Shown: positions 29,001 to 38,645 of the stretch, piece by piece | How the letters are laid out: each line of letters starts with the position of its first letter | Position numbering within the stretch: position 1 is the stretch's first letter | Origin: a bacterium | GTDB lineage: Bacteria; Zhuqueibacterota; Zhuqueibacteria; Residuimicrobiales; Krinioviventaceae | Direction: 5' to 3' | Length of the DNA: 64,000 bases | NCBI GenBank assembly: GCA_963675755.2 | Contig: CAXXMD010000003.1 | Span: forward strand, 1,728,001 to 1,792,000 | The notes under the pieces: generated by a model | Told to the model about the DNA's origin: nothing | The model's database searches: none | What the model saw: the letters and a program-made list of their open reading frames with translations, nothing else | Made by a program: the position numbers and the translations under genes

Positions 29001-32000
29001 GTTAAATTTGAGCCGTTTGGCATTGTTGTATCAGGATACTGGCTTGAACGAGTTTGCTGTAGAGTATTTTCAAAATGTGGCTGATATTTACAAACGCAAA
29101 AACATGTATGATAACCTGATGCGGAGTTATCGCAGTATTGCGCTGAATTATCTTATATTGGAAGAACCACAGGATGCAATATATTATGCCAATCAAGCGC
29201 TCGAGTTACTGCAAAGTGGAAAGGTTAAAGAAATTAGTCAAGATCCTTCACGGGTCAAGGTTGGCTTGCTGGGTCTGCATGTACCTGTACCTTTTGTGAA
29301 CTTGAACAATATGCTGCCCATGGCTGCGTTGAAATTCACAACTGAAGATGAAAGTGCACTAGTTTATACTATTCTGGGCTCCAGTTATAGTTATGAGAAA
29401 AATTACAAGGAAGCCATTACCAATCTGAATAAAAAAATGGAGCTGTTTAAAAAGCAGGATGATAAAGCTTCGCAGGCGACCTTGTTGAATAATATAGGCT
29501 ATTTATATTTCCTCAATGGTGATTATGAAAATGCCTGGGGCAGCTTTAGCGAATCCCTGAAAATTTGTAAAGATAAAAAGCTGCTTAGGGGAATTCTGTT
29601 AAATAGTTCAAACCTTGCCAGAATTGTAATGGCAATGAATGCCGCTATTCTGGAAGATCAGTTGGATTATACACAGGTCAAAAATCAATTTTGGCAATAT
29701 CAAAATGATGCGGCGGAAAATATTAATGATGCCCTTGATCGTATACAGGATGAAGAATTCCGCTATGTAAAGATCAAGATAGAGATGTATCGTTATCTGG
29801 CAGATTTTTCATTAATCCATTTTGATGAGCAGGACGATCTGACAAGTAATATTGAATCAAACCTGTTTATATTTGAAAATGGATCTTATGCGCAAACCTA
29901 TCTGCAGGAAGCCCTCAGGACTGCCAAAGCTTACGAGTTGTTGGAAGAAGAATGTTCTATAGAATATGATCTGGGCAAGTTGTTTTATAAATTGGGCAAT
30001 GCGGATGAGTCTTATGCTCATTTGCGTGTTGCACGTAGAATGGCAATACGAAATGCATATTATGATATGCTATGGAGAATAGATACCCACATGGGTGATC
30101 TGCTTTCCATGATGCCCCGTGATGTCAAAGTTAAATACTCTATACAAAAAGATCCTTACGAGTATTTTATAGAAGCCATTGATGTGCTGCAGGCACATCC
30201 TGCAAAAATTTCAGGTGCAAATGCAGCTACATTGCGTACGACCTACCAGAAACCCTATCGCCGGGTCATTCGGTATATGACTGAAAAGAACGATATTAAC
30301 GGTGCGCTTGCCATGTCTGAACAAATGCGGGCAAAATTGTATCTGGATATGGTTAGCAGTGAAAATATTGATTTGCGTAAAGAGCGACACAAGATCTATT
30401 ATGGAAATGCCAAGTTTTTACAGCGGACTATTAATGAACTGGAAATCAGTCTGCTGCAAATGAAAAACCGGTTTGATATTCCGTATGCAGATATTATAGA
30501 AAAAATGAAAGAGTTAGAGTCTTATAAAGAGGAGTATGAAACCCTGTTGAGTGACGCGCGTCTTGAAGTGCCGGAACTGGAGACTCTTGTACGCGTGAAT
30601 CCGGTAACGTGTGAAATGCTGCAAAAAAAGATTAGACCGGGTGAAGCAATCCTCTATTTTACGGAACTGGAAGATCAGCTTTTAACCTGGCTGGTTACAA
30701 AAAAGCAGATTTATTATATTGGATATAAACTCTCCAGACACGAGTTGAACCGATATGCTGACCAGGTGTTTACAGCATTGAAATCAGGTGCTGATGAGAT
30801 TCCTGAATTATCGGGAATCAACCTGTTCTCTGTTCTGGACCAGGCACAAACTCCTGTCAAGCATCTTGTTGTTGTGCCACCTAATGAGCTGCTCTTACTT
30901 CCCTGGAGTGCAATGTTGTACCAGGGCAATCCGAATGATATGGATATTACAACCAGTACCAGTTTGACGGATTACTATTATTCTTATGACCGGAGAAAAA
31001 TCCAGGGGCAACGCATCTTTTTTGCATCGCGGGATTTGTCTTCACAGGTATTAAAAGATGAAGGGTATACCGTCATTCTTCCCATGACCAGTCAGGAGCA
31101 AAACAGTTTTTCTGCGCAAGGTCAGCCCTTGGGACGTTCGGATGTGATTTATCTCAAGGTGCAGGGAGAGTGGAACGAGATCGATCCTGCACGCTCGCGA
31201 ATGGGTTTCAGGATCAAACAATCTTCATTGGCGGTTTTTTCATCCATTGATTTGTATTCAATGAATTTGAACGCAAGTCTTGTTCAACTCAGTTTTGAGC
31301 ACGATATTCCATTCAGAAATTTCAGTCAGCCATTCATAGCATGGGAACGCGCGTTTGGTTACGCCGGTGTACCTTCTTTACTGGTGTCTTTATGGCCGCT
31401 TACACCAGAGAGTGAAAATGAATTCCTATCTGTTTATTATGAATTTCTTCAGGATTTTCCGGCAGCAGAAGCATTGAATATGACCCGTAACCATTACGTT
31501 CGGGCAGATTCCTCATTCCGCTTCTGGGCGGGGTATCAACTGTATGGATTTGGCGGTATGTCCCGGGATGAAGAAGAACAATACGCGCAGGAGGGATTTG
31601 AAGGTCAGGTACGCCGTGGCCACAGTGCATACGAATTGGGCGAATGGGAAGATGCGATCCGGTTGTATGAAAGCGCTCAGCGAATGGCAGAACGGCAAAA
31701 TGATACGGAAAGCATTGAGCTGTTACAGCAGAGAATACTCGAGTGTGCGGTTAACGGAGGTTTTTGGAGCAAAGCCATTGAAACACAATTGACACAGATT
31801 GAAAATGCTCAAGCCACCAACGATGTGGCTGCCGAAGCAAACGGATACAGTAATCTGGCATTCTTTTATACACAGAACAAAGAGTTTGATAAAGGCATTG
31901 AAGCTAAAGCGCGCTTTACCCGACTTGCAGAGCAATATGGATTAAAAGAGGAAGAGGCGCATTCTTTGCGTGAGACCGGTTTAATCTATGAACGAGGCGG

Positions 32001-34458
32001 ACAATATAAACTTGCGCTGTCTCTTTTTACAGAAGCTCTGGATAAATTCAGATCCATTGAAAACCATGAAGGTGAGGCACAGTGCCTGCGAGATATTGGG
32101 CGGGTTAATTTCTTTTATCTTGATAATTATTATGATGCATTGGTTGTTCAACGCGAGGCTTTGGATATTTTCAAAACTTTGGGTATAACCCAGGATTTTG
32201 TGGATGCATTGCACAATCTGGGTAACACCAATGAAAAAATGGCCAACTATAAGCGTGCTCTTGCTTATCAACAGCAGGCACTTGAATACGCTATCCAGCT
32301 TGATGATGTGAGATTGCAGGGATTGTCACGACAGTACCTGGCAAATGTTTACTGGAAAATGGGCAGCTACCAGAGTGCGCTTGAACAGCAGGAACAGGCA
32401 CTCGCTATATTTGAATCTTTGCAGGACAATAAATTGTTACAGGTAGCCAATGCTACCCGTGGATTGATTGCGCTTAGTTTTGGTGATCCCGAAAAAGCGC
32501 AGACATTTGAACTCAAAGCCCTTGAGCTGGCTACTGCGCTTGGTGACCGCAAAGACGAAGCAACCATTTACAAAAATATTGGAATGATACAGCGCGCGCA
32601 GGGCAGAGATGACCTGGCATTGTCCAGCTTTGAGCAAGCCGCAGAGATTGATTCGTTAATCAATTCCAAGCGGGGTATGGCTTATGATCTTCGTAATATT
32701 GCATCCATACAGATTGGGATGAATGTCAATTCGCCATCTCGGCAGCATTTGAATCGATCCTTACAAATTTCTCAAGACATTCAGGACTGGCGCAATACCA
32801 CACAATGTTATCTTGAACTGGGTCGTCTGGAAATGCTGGACCAACGGCCAGACAGCGCTCGGGTCTTTTTTGGAAAATCAGCAGAGCTTGCTGAAAATTT
32901 ATACATGCCCGAAATCCAATGGCGTGCGCATAAATATCTGGCAGAAACCTGGCAAGGTGTCAATGCGGATAGTGTTTCTGCACAATATTACAAAGCTATT
33001 GATGTTATAGAATCCATGCGAGCAATGATCAAAGTGGAAGAATTTGCTTCGGGTTTTGTGGATGATAAACTGGATGTATACGGAGCGTTGATTGACCTGC
33101 ATCTTGAACAGGGACAGGTGGAAAAAGCGTTTGATCTGGTAGAACGATCCAAAAGCCGCAGTTTTCTGGATATGCTGGGAAGTAAAGAAATTGCATTTAA
33201 TACTCAAAACCGTGATCTGTTGGCAAAAGAAGACAGCCTGGATACAAAGTTAAAAGAAACCCAAACCCGGTTGTTTTATCTTCGCTCTAAAAATGACAGC
33301 CTGGTAAAGGATGAAAAGATCCAGCTTGAGGGTCTGGTTAAACAGATTGAACAGGAGCGCGATTCTTTATTGGTTCGCTTGCAACAGAGCGATCCCGAGT
33401 TGTCTGATATGCTGTCTGTAAATCCTTTGACGGTTGAACAGTTGAAAGAAAAACTGCCTGCACGTACAGGTGTTCTGGAATTTTATCTTTATAAAGACCA
33501 TCTCTATTCGTGGTTGTTGACACGAGTTGGGATTGATTACCGCAAGGTTGAAATTGATCCTGTCCAATTTGAAAAGGATGTCTTTGAATTGCGTCAGGTT
33601 CTTGACAGGCAATTGTCTGTAACAAACTGGTCTCAATCTTTATATGAAAAACTTGTAGGTCCCTGGGATTCTGAACTTTACAAGGTAGACCATCTGGTTT
33701 TGATTCCTCAGGGCAGTCTGCATTATCTGCCGTTTGCCGTTCTGCAGAACAAAGACCAGGTATATTTTGGATTGTCGCACTCGCTTTCTATTGCACCCAG
33801 TGCAACTGTAATGGCGTATTGTCTGGAAAAGGGTGATTCTTTGCGCACAACGAACAAAGACAGCATGAGTGTTCTTGCGTTTGGGAACCCGGATCTTGGT
33901 AGTAAAAAATGGGACTTGCCCTTTGCTTCTCGCGAAGTAAACAGTTTAAACCGCTATTTCACTCATGTGAATATGCTTTTAAATAAACGTGCTACGGAAA
34001 CCAATTTGTATTCTTTATCAGAATATCCACCCATTATGGTTTTCAGTTGTCACGGAGAATACGATGACGCGAATCCGCTCTTGTCTGCGTTGCTGTTATC
34101 ACCCGATTCCACCAATGACGGCAAGCTTGAAGCAGAAGAGATTTTCTCGCTTGATCTGAATGCGTATATCGTGGCCATGAGTGCCTGTGAAACTGGTCTG
34201 GGTACTATTCGTGGTGGAGATGAAGTGGTAGGCCTTTCACGCAGTTTTATATATGCGGGTACTTCTTCACTGCTAAGTAGTTTATGGAAAGTGGATGATC
34301 TGGCCACTGCGGTACTTTTAAAACGATTTTTCCGGTATCTGTCAGAAGGCAAATCCCGGGCTGATGCATTACGCATGGCGCAAAAAATTGTTCATGATGA
34401 GATCAATCCTTATCCGTCCTTTTGGGCAGCATTCACCCTTACAGGTGACTGGCGTTAA
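26029..34458 (+). CDS. Giant secreted PD40 beta-propeller / TPR / pseudo-CHAT / TPR / CHAT protein
   Basis: Signal peptide; TolB-like repeats (SPDGKWMAYVS, FTSDRGGNLDIW); many TPRs; degenerate internal CHAT; C-terminal CHAT with FSCHG, MSACETG, SSLWKVDD, FWAAF.L.GDW. ATG overlaps the DUF1318 stop (TAATG). Confidence 0.92.
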   Translation: MKYRIKHIFLTLVLTVLFVSSSFNFAQAPDNKKLDYQQVTTHPDIDLSARISPDGKWMAYVSRQSDNFDIWIRSTAGGRSIQVTFHKADDYYPVWYPDSRTIVFVSQRSDAAGDIWLVHLREIKGRLYPKGEPERFTDYMGYDGYPTVSPDSKKICWVSDRSGSEELWFYNEHTEAKLQLTYKGGTHPMWSSDLQMIAFTSFRDGPENNGDIFIINLKGPKPTGQDTLLWDLREYPTYQLTKGPAIDGFPSWTKEATQVVFLRNEFDTNKDGSLTPTDRAAVWEAQIFKTPIELMFVSDPMLQVLSKSFNLKMASYAMPLTSGGEQVMQPYTGSNDRIYFTSDRGGNLDIWSFPSTGYIPRVNNPALQYQLADSIYALSPEMTRLTLGPLFLEWDPQSMTKQQRLLLWDRQLAFKRVIDYFGTATEVSPQTLYEIAVCFKLLDYPEQADLFLEILLKNFPEHKTLAAYAEMLKLGLKARNVSSGQKRLELLKPELDAILEKYKLEAEPMSAAYIVLGDLFYQVKQDAQAFKAYEQVLESFPEQSFYCAEAQLKIGDVFSRFATQDEVIQAYLQVVQKYPEQRDWMVPARDRILDLLVTDASNELDLISRYREIVGQYAQFPLLAAAAQLRIGKILFNAGDYASAIQEYEMVESLFGDLVEEVFTANFSIAESLLMMGENLRAFSLLEQLVNRYSSNRKDLSDTAWDRLLKALLDSGDELKSAQEFSLALLRYQRAKEMDLNNLHAHRGYIECLYYQRKIDDAVAEYEQLVKDYPEQQVILYCLGLTYSYKGTEKAELYNEPDALDTRMLNQSSYRIARALALDYTMVQPYLTLSYNYEMMEQAEARERAKPKPFYVRLWNTLRTPFDYVYDIVTFAKVEPKRGYYERAIHELTKAIGLNDAEVDPDLEANLALNLANNYYNLGEYGYAKAYEYYHIKLKYDSTFYDKQREALIYERMGHCSYKVEDVKGGEKYLLRAIQLYTELEDEGHVLLNLSRLALLYQDTGLNEFAVEYFQNVADIYKRKNMYDNLMRSYRSIALNYLILEEPQDAIYYANQALELLQSGKVKEISQDPSRVKVGLLGLHVPVPFVNLNNMLPMAALKFTTEDESALVYTILGSSYSYEKNYKEAITNLNKKMELFKKQDDKASQATLLNNIGYLYFLNGDYENAWGSFSESLKICKDKKLLRGILLNSSNLARIVMAMNAAILEDQLDYTQVKNQFWQYQNDAAENINDALDRIQDEEFRYVKIKIEMYRYLADFSLIHFDEQDDLTSNIESNLFIFENGSYAQTYLQEALRTAKAYELLEEECSIEYDLGKLFYKLGNADESYAHLRVARRMAIRNAYYDMLWRIDTHMGDLLSMMPRDVKVKYSIQKDPYEYFIEAIDVLQAHPAKISGANAATLRTTYQKPYRRVIRYMTEKNDINGALAMSEQMRAKLYLDMVSSENIDLRKERHKIYYGNAKFLQRTINELEISLLQMKNRFDIPYADIIEKMKELESYKEEYETLLSDARLEVPELETLVRVNPVTCEMLQKKIRPGEAILYFTELEDQLLTWLVTKKQIYYIGYKLSRHELNRYADQVFTALKSGADEIPELSGINLFSVLDQAQTPVKHLVVVPPNELLLLPWSAMLYQGNPNDMDITTSTSLTDYYYSYDRRKIQGQRIFFASRDLSSQVLKDEGYTVILPMTSQEQNSFSAQGQPLGRSDVIYLKVQGEWNEIDPARSRMGFRIKQSSLAVFSSIDLYSMNLNASLVQLSFEHDIPFRNFSQPFIAWERAFGYAGVPSLLVSLWPLTPESENEFLSVYYEFLQDFPAAEALNMTRNHYVRADSSFRFWAGYQLYGFGGMSRDEEEQYAQEGFEGQVRRGHSAYELGEWEDAIRLYESAQRMAERQNDTESIELLQQRILECAVNGGFWSKAIETQLTQIENAQATNDVAAEANGYSNLAFFYTQNKEFDKGIEAKARFTRLAEQYGLKEEEAHSLRETGLIYERGGQYKLALSLFTEALDKFRSIENHEGEAQCLRDIGRVNFFYLDNYYDALVVQREALDIFKTLGITQDFVDALHNLGNTNEKMANYKRALAYQQQALEYAIQLDDVRLQGLSRQYLANVYWKMGSYQSALEQQEQALAIFESLQDNKLLQVANATRGLIALSFGDPEKAQTFELKALELATALGDRKDEATIYKNIGMIQRAQGRDDLALSSFEQAAEIDSLINSKRGMAYDLRNIASIQIGMNVNSPSRQHLNRSLQISQDIQDWRNTTQCYLELGRLEMLDQRPDSARVFFGKSAELAENLYMPEIQWRAHKYLAETWQGVNADSVSAQYYKAIDVIESMRAMIKVEEFASGFVDDKLDVYGALIDLHLEQGQVEKAFDLVERSKSRSFLDMLGSKEIAFNTQNRDLLAKEDSLDTKLKETQTRLFYLRSKNDSLVKDEKIQLEGLVKQIEQERDSLLVRLQQSDPELSDMLSVNPLTVEQLKEKLPARTGVLEFYLYKDHLYSWLLTRVGIDYRKVEIDPVQFEKDVFELRQVLDRQLSVTNWSQSLYEKLVGPWDSELYKVDHLVLIPQGSLHYLPFAVLQNKDQVYFGLSHSLSIAPSATVMAYCLEKGDSLRTTNKDSMSVLAFGNPDLGSKKWDLPFASREVNSLNRYFTHVNMLLNKRATETNLYSLSEYPPIMVFSCHGEYDDANPLLSALLLSPDSTNDGKLEAEEIFSLDLNAYIVAMSACETGLGTIRGGDEVVGLSRSFIYAGTSSLLSSLWKVDDLATAVLLKRFFRYLSEGKSRADALRMAQKIVHDEINPYPSFWAAFTLTGDWR

Positions 34459-34539
34459 GTTGTATACCTTATTTCATTATAATTATTTCTGTTTGAGCAG
34501 AAACACATCAGGTTTTTTAAATTAAACGAGGGCAATAGT

Positions 34540-35652
34540 ATGGAGCATCGATTGTCGGGTATTCCCCAGGGGCGCATTTTATCATTAGATGTTTTGCGTG
34601 GTTTTGATATGTTTTGGATTATTGGCGGGGCATCATTATTGGGCAATTTTTTTAAATTATTCAACACTCCATTTACAGATTCGCTTGTCAGGCAGTTTGA
34701 GCATACGGAATGGAATGGATTCACTTTTTACGACCAGATTTTCCCCATGTTTTTGTTTATAGTGGGTACCAGTATGGCTATTGCTTTGGGGCGAAGAAAA
34801 CAAAAGGGACTGTCAAAAAAAGAATTGTACAAGTATGTAATTAAACGTTTTCTGTTATTGTTGTTTTTAGGCTTTGTTTTTAATGGATTGTTTGATTTCA
34901 ATTTTAGCAATTTTAGATATGCCGGAGTGCTGCAGCGCATTGCATTTAGTTATTTGTTTGCATCAATCATTTTTATCCATACCTCAAAAAAAGTACAATA
35001 TGGTATAGCTGCTTTTATATTGCTGGCCTATTGGGCAATGATGATGCTAATTCCGGTACCCGGATTTGGTGCGGGACAGCTTACTCCTGAAGCCAACCTG
35101 GCGGGATACATAGATCGAATGCTTTTACCGGGAAGATTTTGCTGTTACACTTTTGGAGATAATGAGGGCATTCTTACGACACTGCCGGCAATTGTGAATA
35201 CCTTGATGGGTGTATTTGCGGGTTACTGGATGTTGTCTGCAGCATCTCAAACCAAAAAGGCACTGGGCTTGATTATAGCAGGTGTTGCTTCGTTATTGGT
35301 CGGTGGGTTATGGGGACTGGTTTTCCCAATCAACAAGTTGTTGTGGACCTCAACATATGTATTGTGGACTGTTGGCTGGAGTCTGCTGCTGCTGGCTCTG
35401 TTTTACTGGATTGTGGATATTAAAGGATGGCAGCGATGGGCGTATCCGTTTATCGTGATTGGTTTGAATCCCATAACCATCTATGTAGCACAGCGTCTGT
35501 TCAAATTTGGAGATGTGGCCCAGGTATTTATTCATGGATTTGTTGAATATCTCGGTGATTTTAAAGTGGTCTTTACCATACTCTGTGTGTTGGCAGTCAA
35601 GATTTTATTTCTACACTTTTTGCACAAGCACAAAATCTATTTACGGGCCTAG
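34540..35652 (+). CDS. DUF5009/HGSNAT (NagX)-like membrane acyltransferase
   Basis: R..SLD.LRG, H..W.G....D..FP.FLFIVG, GVLQRI, D.EG.L, PINK.LWT, G.N.I..Y. Confidence 0.9.
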   Translation: MEHRLSGIPQGRILSLDVLRGFDMFWIIGGASLLGNFFKLFNTPFTDSLVRQFEHTEWNGFTFYDQIFPMFLFIVGTSMAIALGRRKQKGLSKKELYKYVIKRFLLLLFLGFVFNGLFDFNFSNFRYAGVLQRIAFSYLFASIIFIHTSKKVQYGIAAFILLAYWAMMMLIPVPGFGAGQLTPEANLAGYIDRMLLPGRFCCYTFGDNEGILTTLPAIVNTLMGVFAGYWMLSAASQTKKALGLIIAGVASLLVGGLWGLVFPINKLLWTSTYVLWTVGWSLLLLALFYWIVDIKGWQRWAYPFIVIGLNPITIYVAQRLFKFGDVAQVFIHGFVEYLGDFKVVFTILCVLAVKILFLHFLHKHKIYLRA

Positions 35653-36227
35653 TTTTCTGTGTTGCGTTTAAATAAAAACGCATCCTGTGAAAAAGCGTGT
35701 TTGTAAGAAATTGTTGTGAATCCGGATTCATGAGCCAGTGATTGAATTGCTGCAACTGACCTTGCATGGATCCGGTTTACTCCCACACTTCGCAAAAAGG
35801 TGAACCAGCTTGGAGGAGAGCTGGTGAGCAGTAGATATCCACCAGGTAACAGGCATCGTTTACATTCAATGAACAACAGGGGCAGGTCTTTAATATATTC
35901 AGATAAACCAATAACGGTTACAAATGAAATTGAATTGCTGCACACGGCCTGGTGCAGTGCGTCTGAAGCTATTACAGAATGATTTTTTTGGTGGCTTTTT
36001 TGTACCATCGAGATGCTCTTGTCAGAGCCCAGTTTGAAAAGCGGTTCAGGCAGCAGCTCCATCGAGTCTCCGCTGCCGCATGCCATGTCGAGTCCCCAAC
36101 CCGACAGCTCGGGTACTCGTTTTATCAACTGTTGAATTTGTCGCAGCTCATTGGTGTGGATTTGGTTCAAGGGCCATGGACTGCGGAACCATTTATAAAG
36201 CGGAGCTTTCAGGTCCCACAGGTTCAT
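35649..36227 (-). CDS. Class I SAM-dependent methyltransferase
   Basis: LDMACGSG, D.S..MV, R.L.PGG.L; overlaps the punA stop. Confidence 0.8.
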   Translation of the reverse strand: MNLWDLKAPLYKWFRSPWPLNQIHTNELRQIQQLIKRVPELSGWGLDMACGSGDSMELLPEPLFKLGSDKSISMVQKSHQKNHSVIASDALHQAVCSNSISFVTVIGLSEYIKDLPLLFIECKRCLLPGGYLLLTSSPPSWFTFLRSVGVNRIHARSVAAIQSLAHESGFTTISYKHAFSQDAFLFKRNTEN

Positions 36228-37048
36228 GATCCAATTTCTTGTGCAAATGCGGTTAGCAGTCTGCTAAGTTTTTCTCCGGCCTTGTCTGCCATTTCTGTTA
36301 CTTCCGAGTGAGTCAGTTTGTTTTTTGCCAGTCCGGTAGCCAGGTTGGTAATAATGGAAATACCCAATACATTCATGTGGCGTTGATTGGCTACAATGAC
36401 TTCAGGGACTGTAGACATGGATACCGCGTCACCACCCATCATTCTCAACATTCTGACTTCTGCGGCTGTTTCATAGTTGGGCCCGGTTACCCAGCAAAAC
36501 ACACCTTTTTGCAAGGTGATATTTTCACGTTCGGCAACGGTCTCAAGGGTATGACGTAATTCCAGGTTATAAGCTTCGGTCATATCCGGGAAACGGGGGC
36601 CCAGCAGATTGTCTGGCTTGCCAATAAGCGGATTTCCAAAACCAAAGTTGATGTGGTCTGTTATCAGCATCAAGTCTCCCGGAGTAAAGTCCGGATTCAA
36701 TCCACCACTTGCGGTTGTCAATACCAGATTTTTTACACCCATGCTTGCCATGAGTTGTACCGGGTAGGTTACCTGCTTTAATGTATAGCCTTCATAACGA
36801 TGGACCCTGCCCTGAACCGCAAGCACACGGGTGCCGTTGATATTTCCAATCACCCATTGCCCCTTGTGGCCCGGAACCGTAGATACCGGATAATGGGGGA
36901 TTGACTCGGTTTTTATGGTCACCGTGTCTTTGAGCGTATCTGCGTAACCACCCAGGCCTGAACCCAGCACAATGGCGGTTTCAGGCATTTCAGGAATGAG
37001 CGGTTCAAGATATTCGATAGATTTTTGAATTTTCTTTTTTAATTTCAT
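36224..37048 (-). CDS. punA: Purine-nucleoside phosphorylase (trimeric type)
   Basis: IVLGSGLG, STVPGH.G, QGR.H.YEG, DHIN, GPNYET.AE, MSTVPE, ITN. Confidence 0.96.
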   Translation of the reverse strand: MKLKKKIQKSIEYLEPLIPEMPETAIVLGSGLGGYADTLKDTVTIKTESIPHYPVSTVPGHKGQWVIGNINGTRVLAVQGRVHRYEGYTLKQVTYPVQLMASMGVKNLVLTTASGGLNPDFTPGDLMLITDHINFGFGNPLIGKPDNLLGPRFPDMTEAYNLELRHTLETVAERENITLQKGVFCWVTGPNYETAAEVRMLRMMGGDAVSMSTVPEVIVANQRHMNVLGISIITNLATGLAKNKLTHSEVTEMADKAGEKLSRLLTAFAQEIGS

Positions 37049-37049
37049 A

Positions 37050-38633
37050 CTAGATCAATAATCCTGCTATGGTTGCTGTCAACCATGAAGCAAGTGCGCC
37101 ACCAGCCATGGCCCGAAGTGCAACACGTGACAAGTCTGATCTTCTTGACGGAACCAGCGCGCTGATTCCACCGATTTGTATACCAATAGACGACAGGTTT
37201 GCAAAACCACACAGGGCATACGTGGCGATGGTGATGGAACGTAAAGAAATATCACCCGCTTTAATGTGGTTTGCAAGTTCGGCATAACCTACAAACTCGT
37301 TAACGGCAACTTTGATACCCATCAGGTTACCAACATCCATGGCTTCTTTCCAGGGGACACCCATAACAAATGCAAGGGGCGAAAAGATGGTACCCAAAAG
37401 CGTTTTCAAGCTGCCAGGGAAAATGCCCTGGTACTCGCCGCGTGCTTCATTAAGTACTCCGCCCAACAGTCTGTAATCAATCAACTTGTCAAAGTAGCCG
37501 AAAATAGAATCAATCATTGCTACCAGTGCTAAAAAGGCCAGCAGCATGGCGCCAACATTCACGGCAAGTTTAAGTCCGTCAGTCACTCCCTGTGTTGTGG
37601 CGTCCAACAGGTTATCTGCTGATTTGATTTTGGGTATTTCAACATCACCTGCAGTTTTCGAGTGTTTTGTTTCAGGCAGCAATACCTTGGCAATGGCAAG
37701 CGCTGCCGGAGCTGACATAACGCTGGCAGCAATAAGATGCCCGGCGTTTACGCCCAATCGGATATAACCGGCCAGTACACCACCGGCGATTGTTGCAAAT
37801 CCGCCAACCATAATGGCGTGAAGTTCGGATTCGGTCATGTCTTCAATAAAGGGTTTGATTAAAAAAGGTGCCTCGGTCTGGCCTACAAAAATATTTGCAG
37901 AACAGGACAGTGTCTCCGCACCGGAAGTGCCCATGGTCCAGCGCATAAAGCGCGCCATAACCTGAACAACCGCCTGCATCACTCCAAGATAATAGAGAAT
38001 GGACATGACAGCCGAGAAAAAGATAATTGTAGGCAATACAGAAAATGCAAACTGGAAACCAAAGGTGCCAAAGTATTCGGGATTAGCCAAGTTGCCAAAC
38101 AGGAACAAGCTGCCCACATCGGTCAGTTTTAAAAATTCGGCAACACCATTTGATAATGAGGCAAACAGGTCTTTGCCCACAATGTTGCGTTGTAAAAAGA
38201 TACCCAATGCCAGGAATTGTATACTGCCATAGATGTACTTGTTATTACTGCCTTTTTTTACCAGTTTCAAAACAACCATGGCCAGTACAAGAATACCTAC
38301 CAGATACCCACCAAAACCGGGTTTATCAATCAAGTAACCGGCAAATGTTATAACCAGGGATGCGGCAATCATTGCCAACAGTTTACCGGCATTGGCTAAA
38401 AGTCCGTCTTTTAAGCGAATGTGACTCTCAAAAATATAGAGCAGAATAAGACTAAAGAAAACATACATACCAATCCATGAGAGGTATGATTTGCTGAGGA
38501 TGATTGTTGCAAAAAGAAACTGGAGACCTAATCCCCATGCAACAATTCTGAATTTTACGGCAGAGCGGGATTTTGAAAAGATATAAGCCAACCCAACCAG
38601 TACCACAATACCAAGTATTCCGATGAATCTCAT
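37050..38633 (-). CDS. nupC: Concentrative nucleoside transporter (CNT) with an extra N-terminal TM insert
   Basis: FAFSVLPTIIFFS, NIFVGQTEAP, GFATIAGGV, ASVMSAPA, NEFVGY, YALCGFAN.SSIGI. Confidence 0.93.
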   Translation of the reverse strand: MRFIGILGIVVLVGLAYIFSKSRSAVKFRIVAWGLGLQFLFATIILSKSYLSWIGMYVFFSLILLYIFESHIRLKDGLLANAGKLLAMIAASLVITFAGYLIDKPGFGGYLVGILVLAMVVLKLVKKGSNNKYIYGSIQFLALGIFLQRNIVGKDLFASLSNGVAEFLKLTDVGSLFLFGNLANPEYFGTFGFQFAFSVLPTIIFFSAVMSILYYLGVMQAVVQVMARFMRWTMGTSGAETLSCSANIFVGQTEAPFLIKPFIEDMTESELHAIMVGGFATIAGGVLAGYIRLGVNAGHLIAASVMSAPAALAIAKVLLPETKHSKTAGDVEIPKIKSADNLLDATTQGVTDGLKLAVNVGAMLLAFLALVAMIDSIFGYFDKLIDYRLLGGVLNEARGEYQGIFPGSLKTLLGTIFSPLAFVMGVPWKEAMDVGNLMGIKVAVNEFVGYAELANHIKAGDISLRSITIATYALCGFANLSSIGIQIGGISALVPSRRSDLSRVALRAMAGGALASWLTATIAGLLI

Positions 38634-38645
38634 AAAGAATCCTTT

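Noticed and set aside
26029-34458. TPR-CHAT protein as a Craspase (Csx29) or other CRISPR-linked protease
   Set aside because: No cas genes, array, SAVED domain or gasdermin-like neighbour is visible, and the protein has a signal peptide and envelope-gene context.
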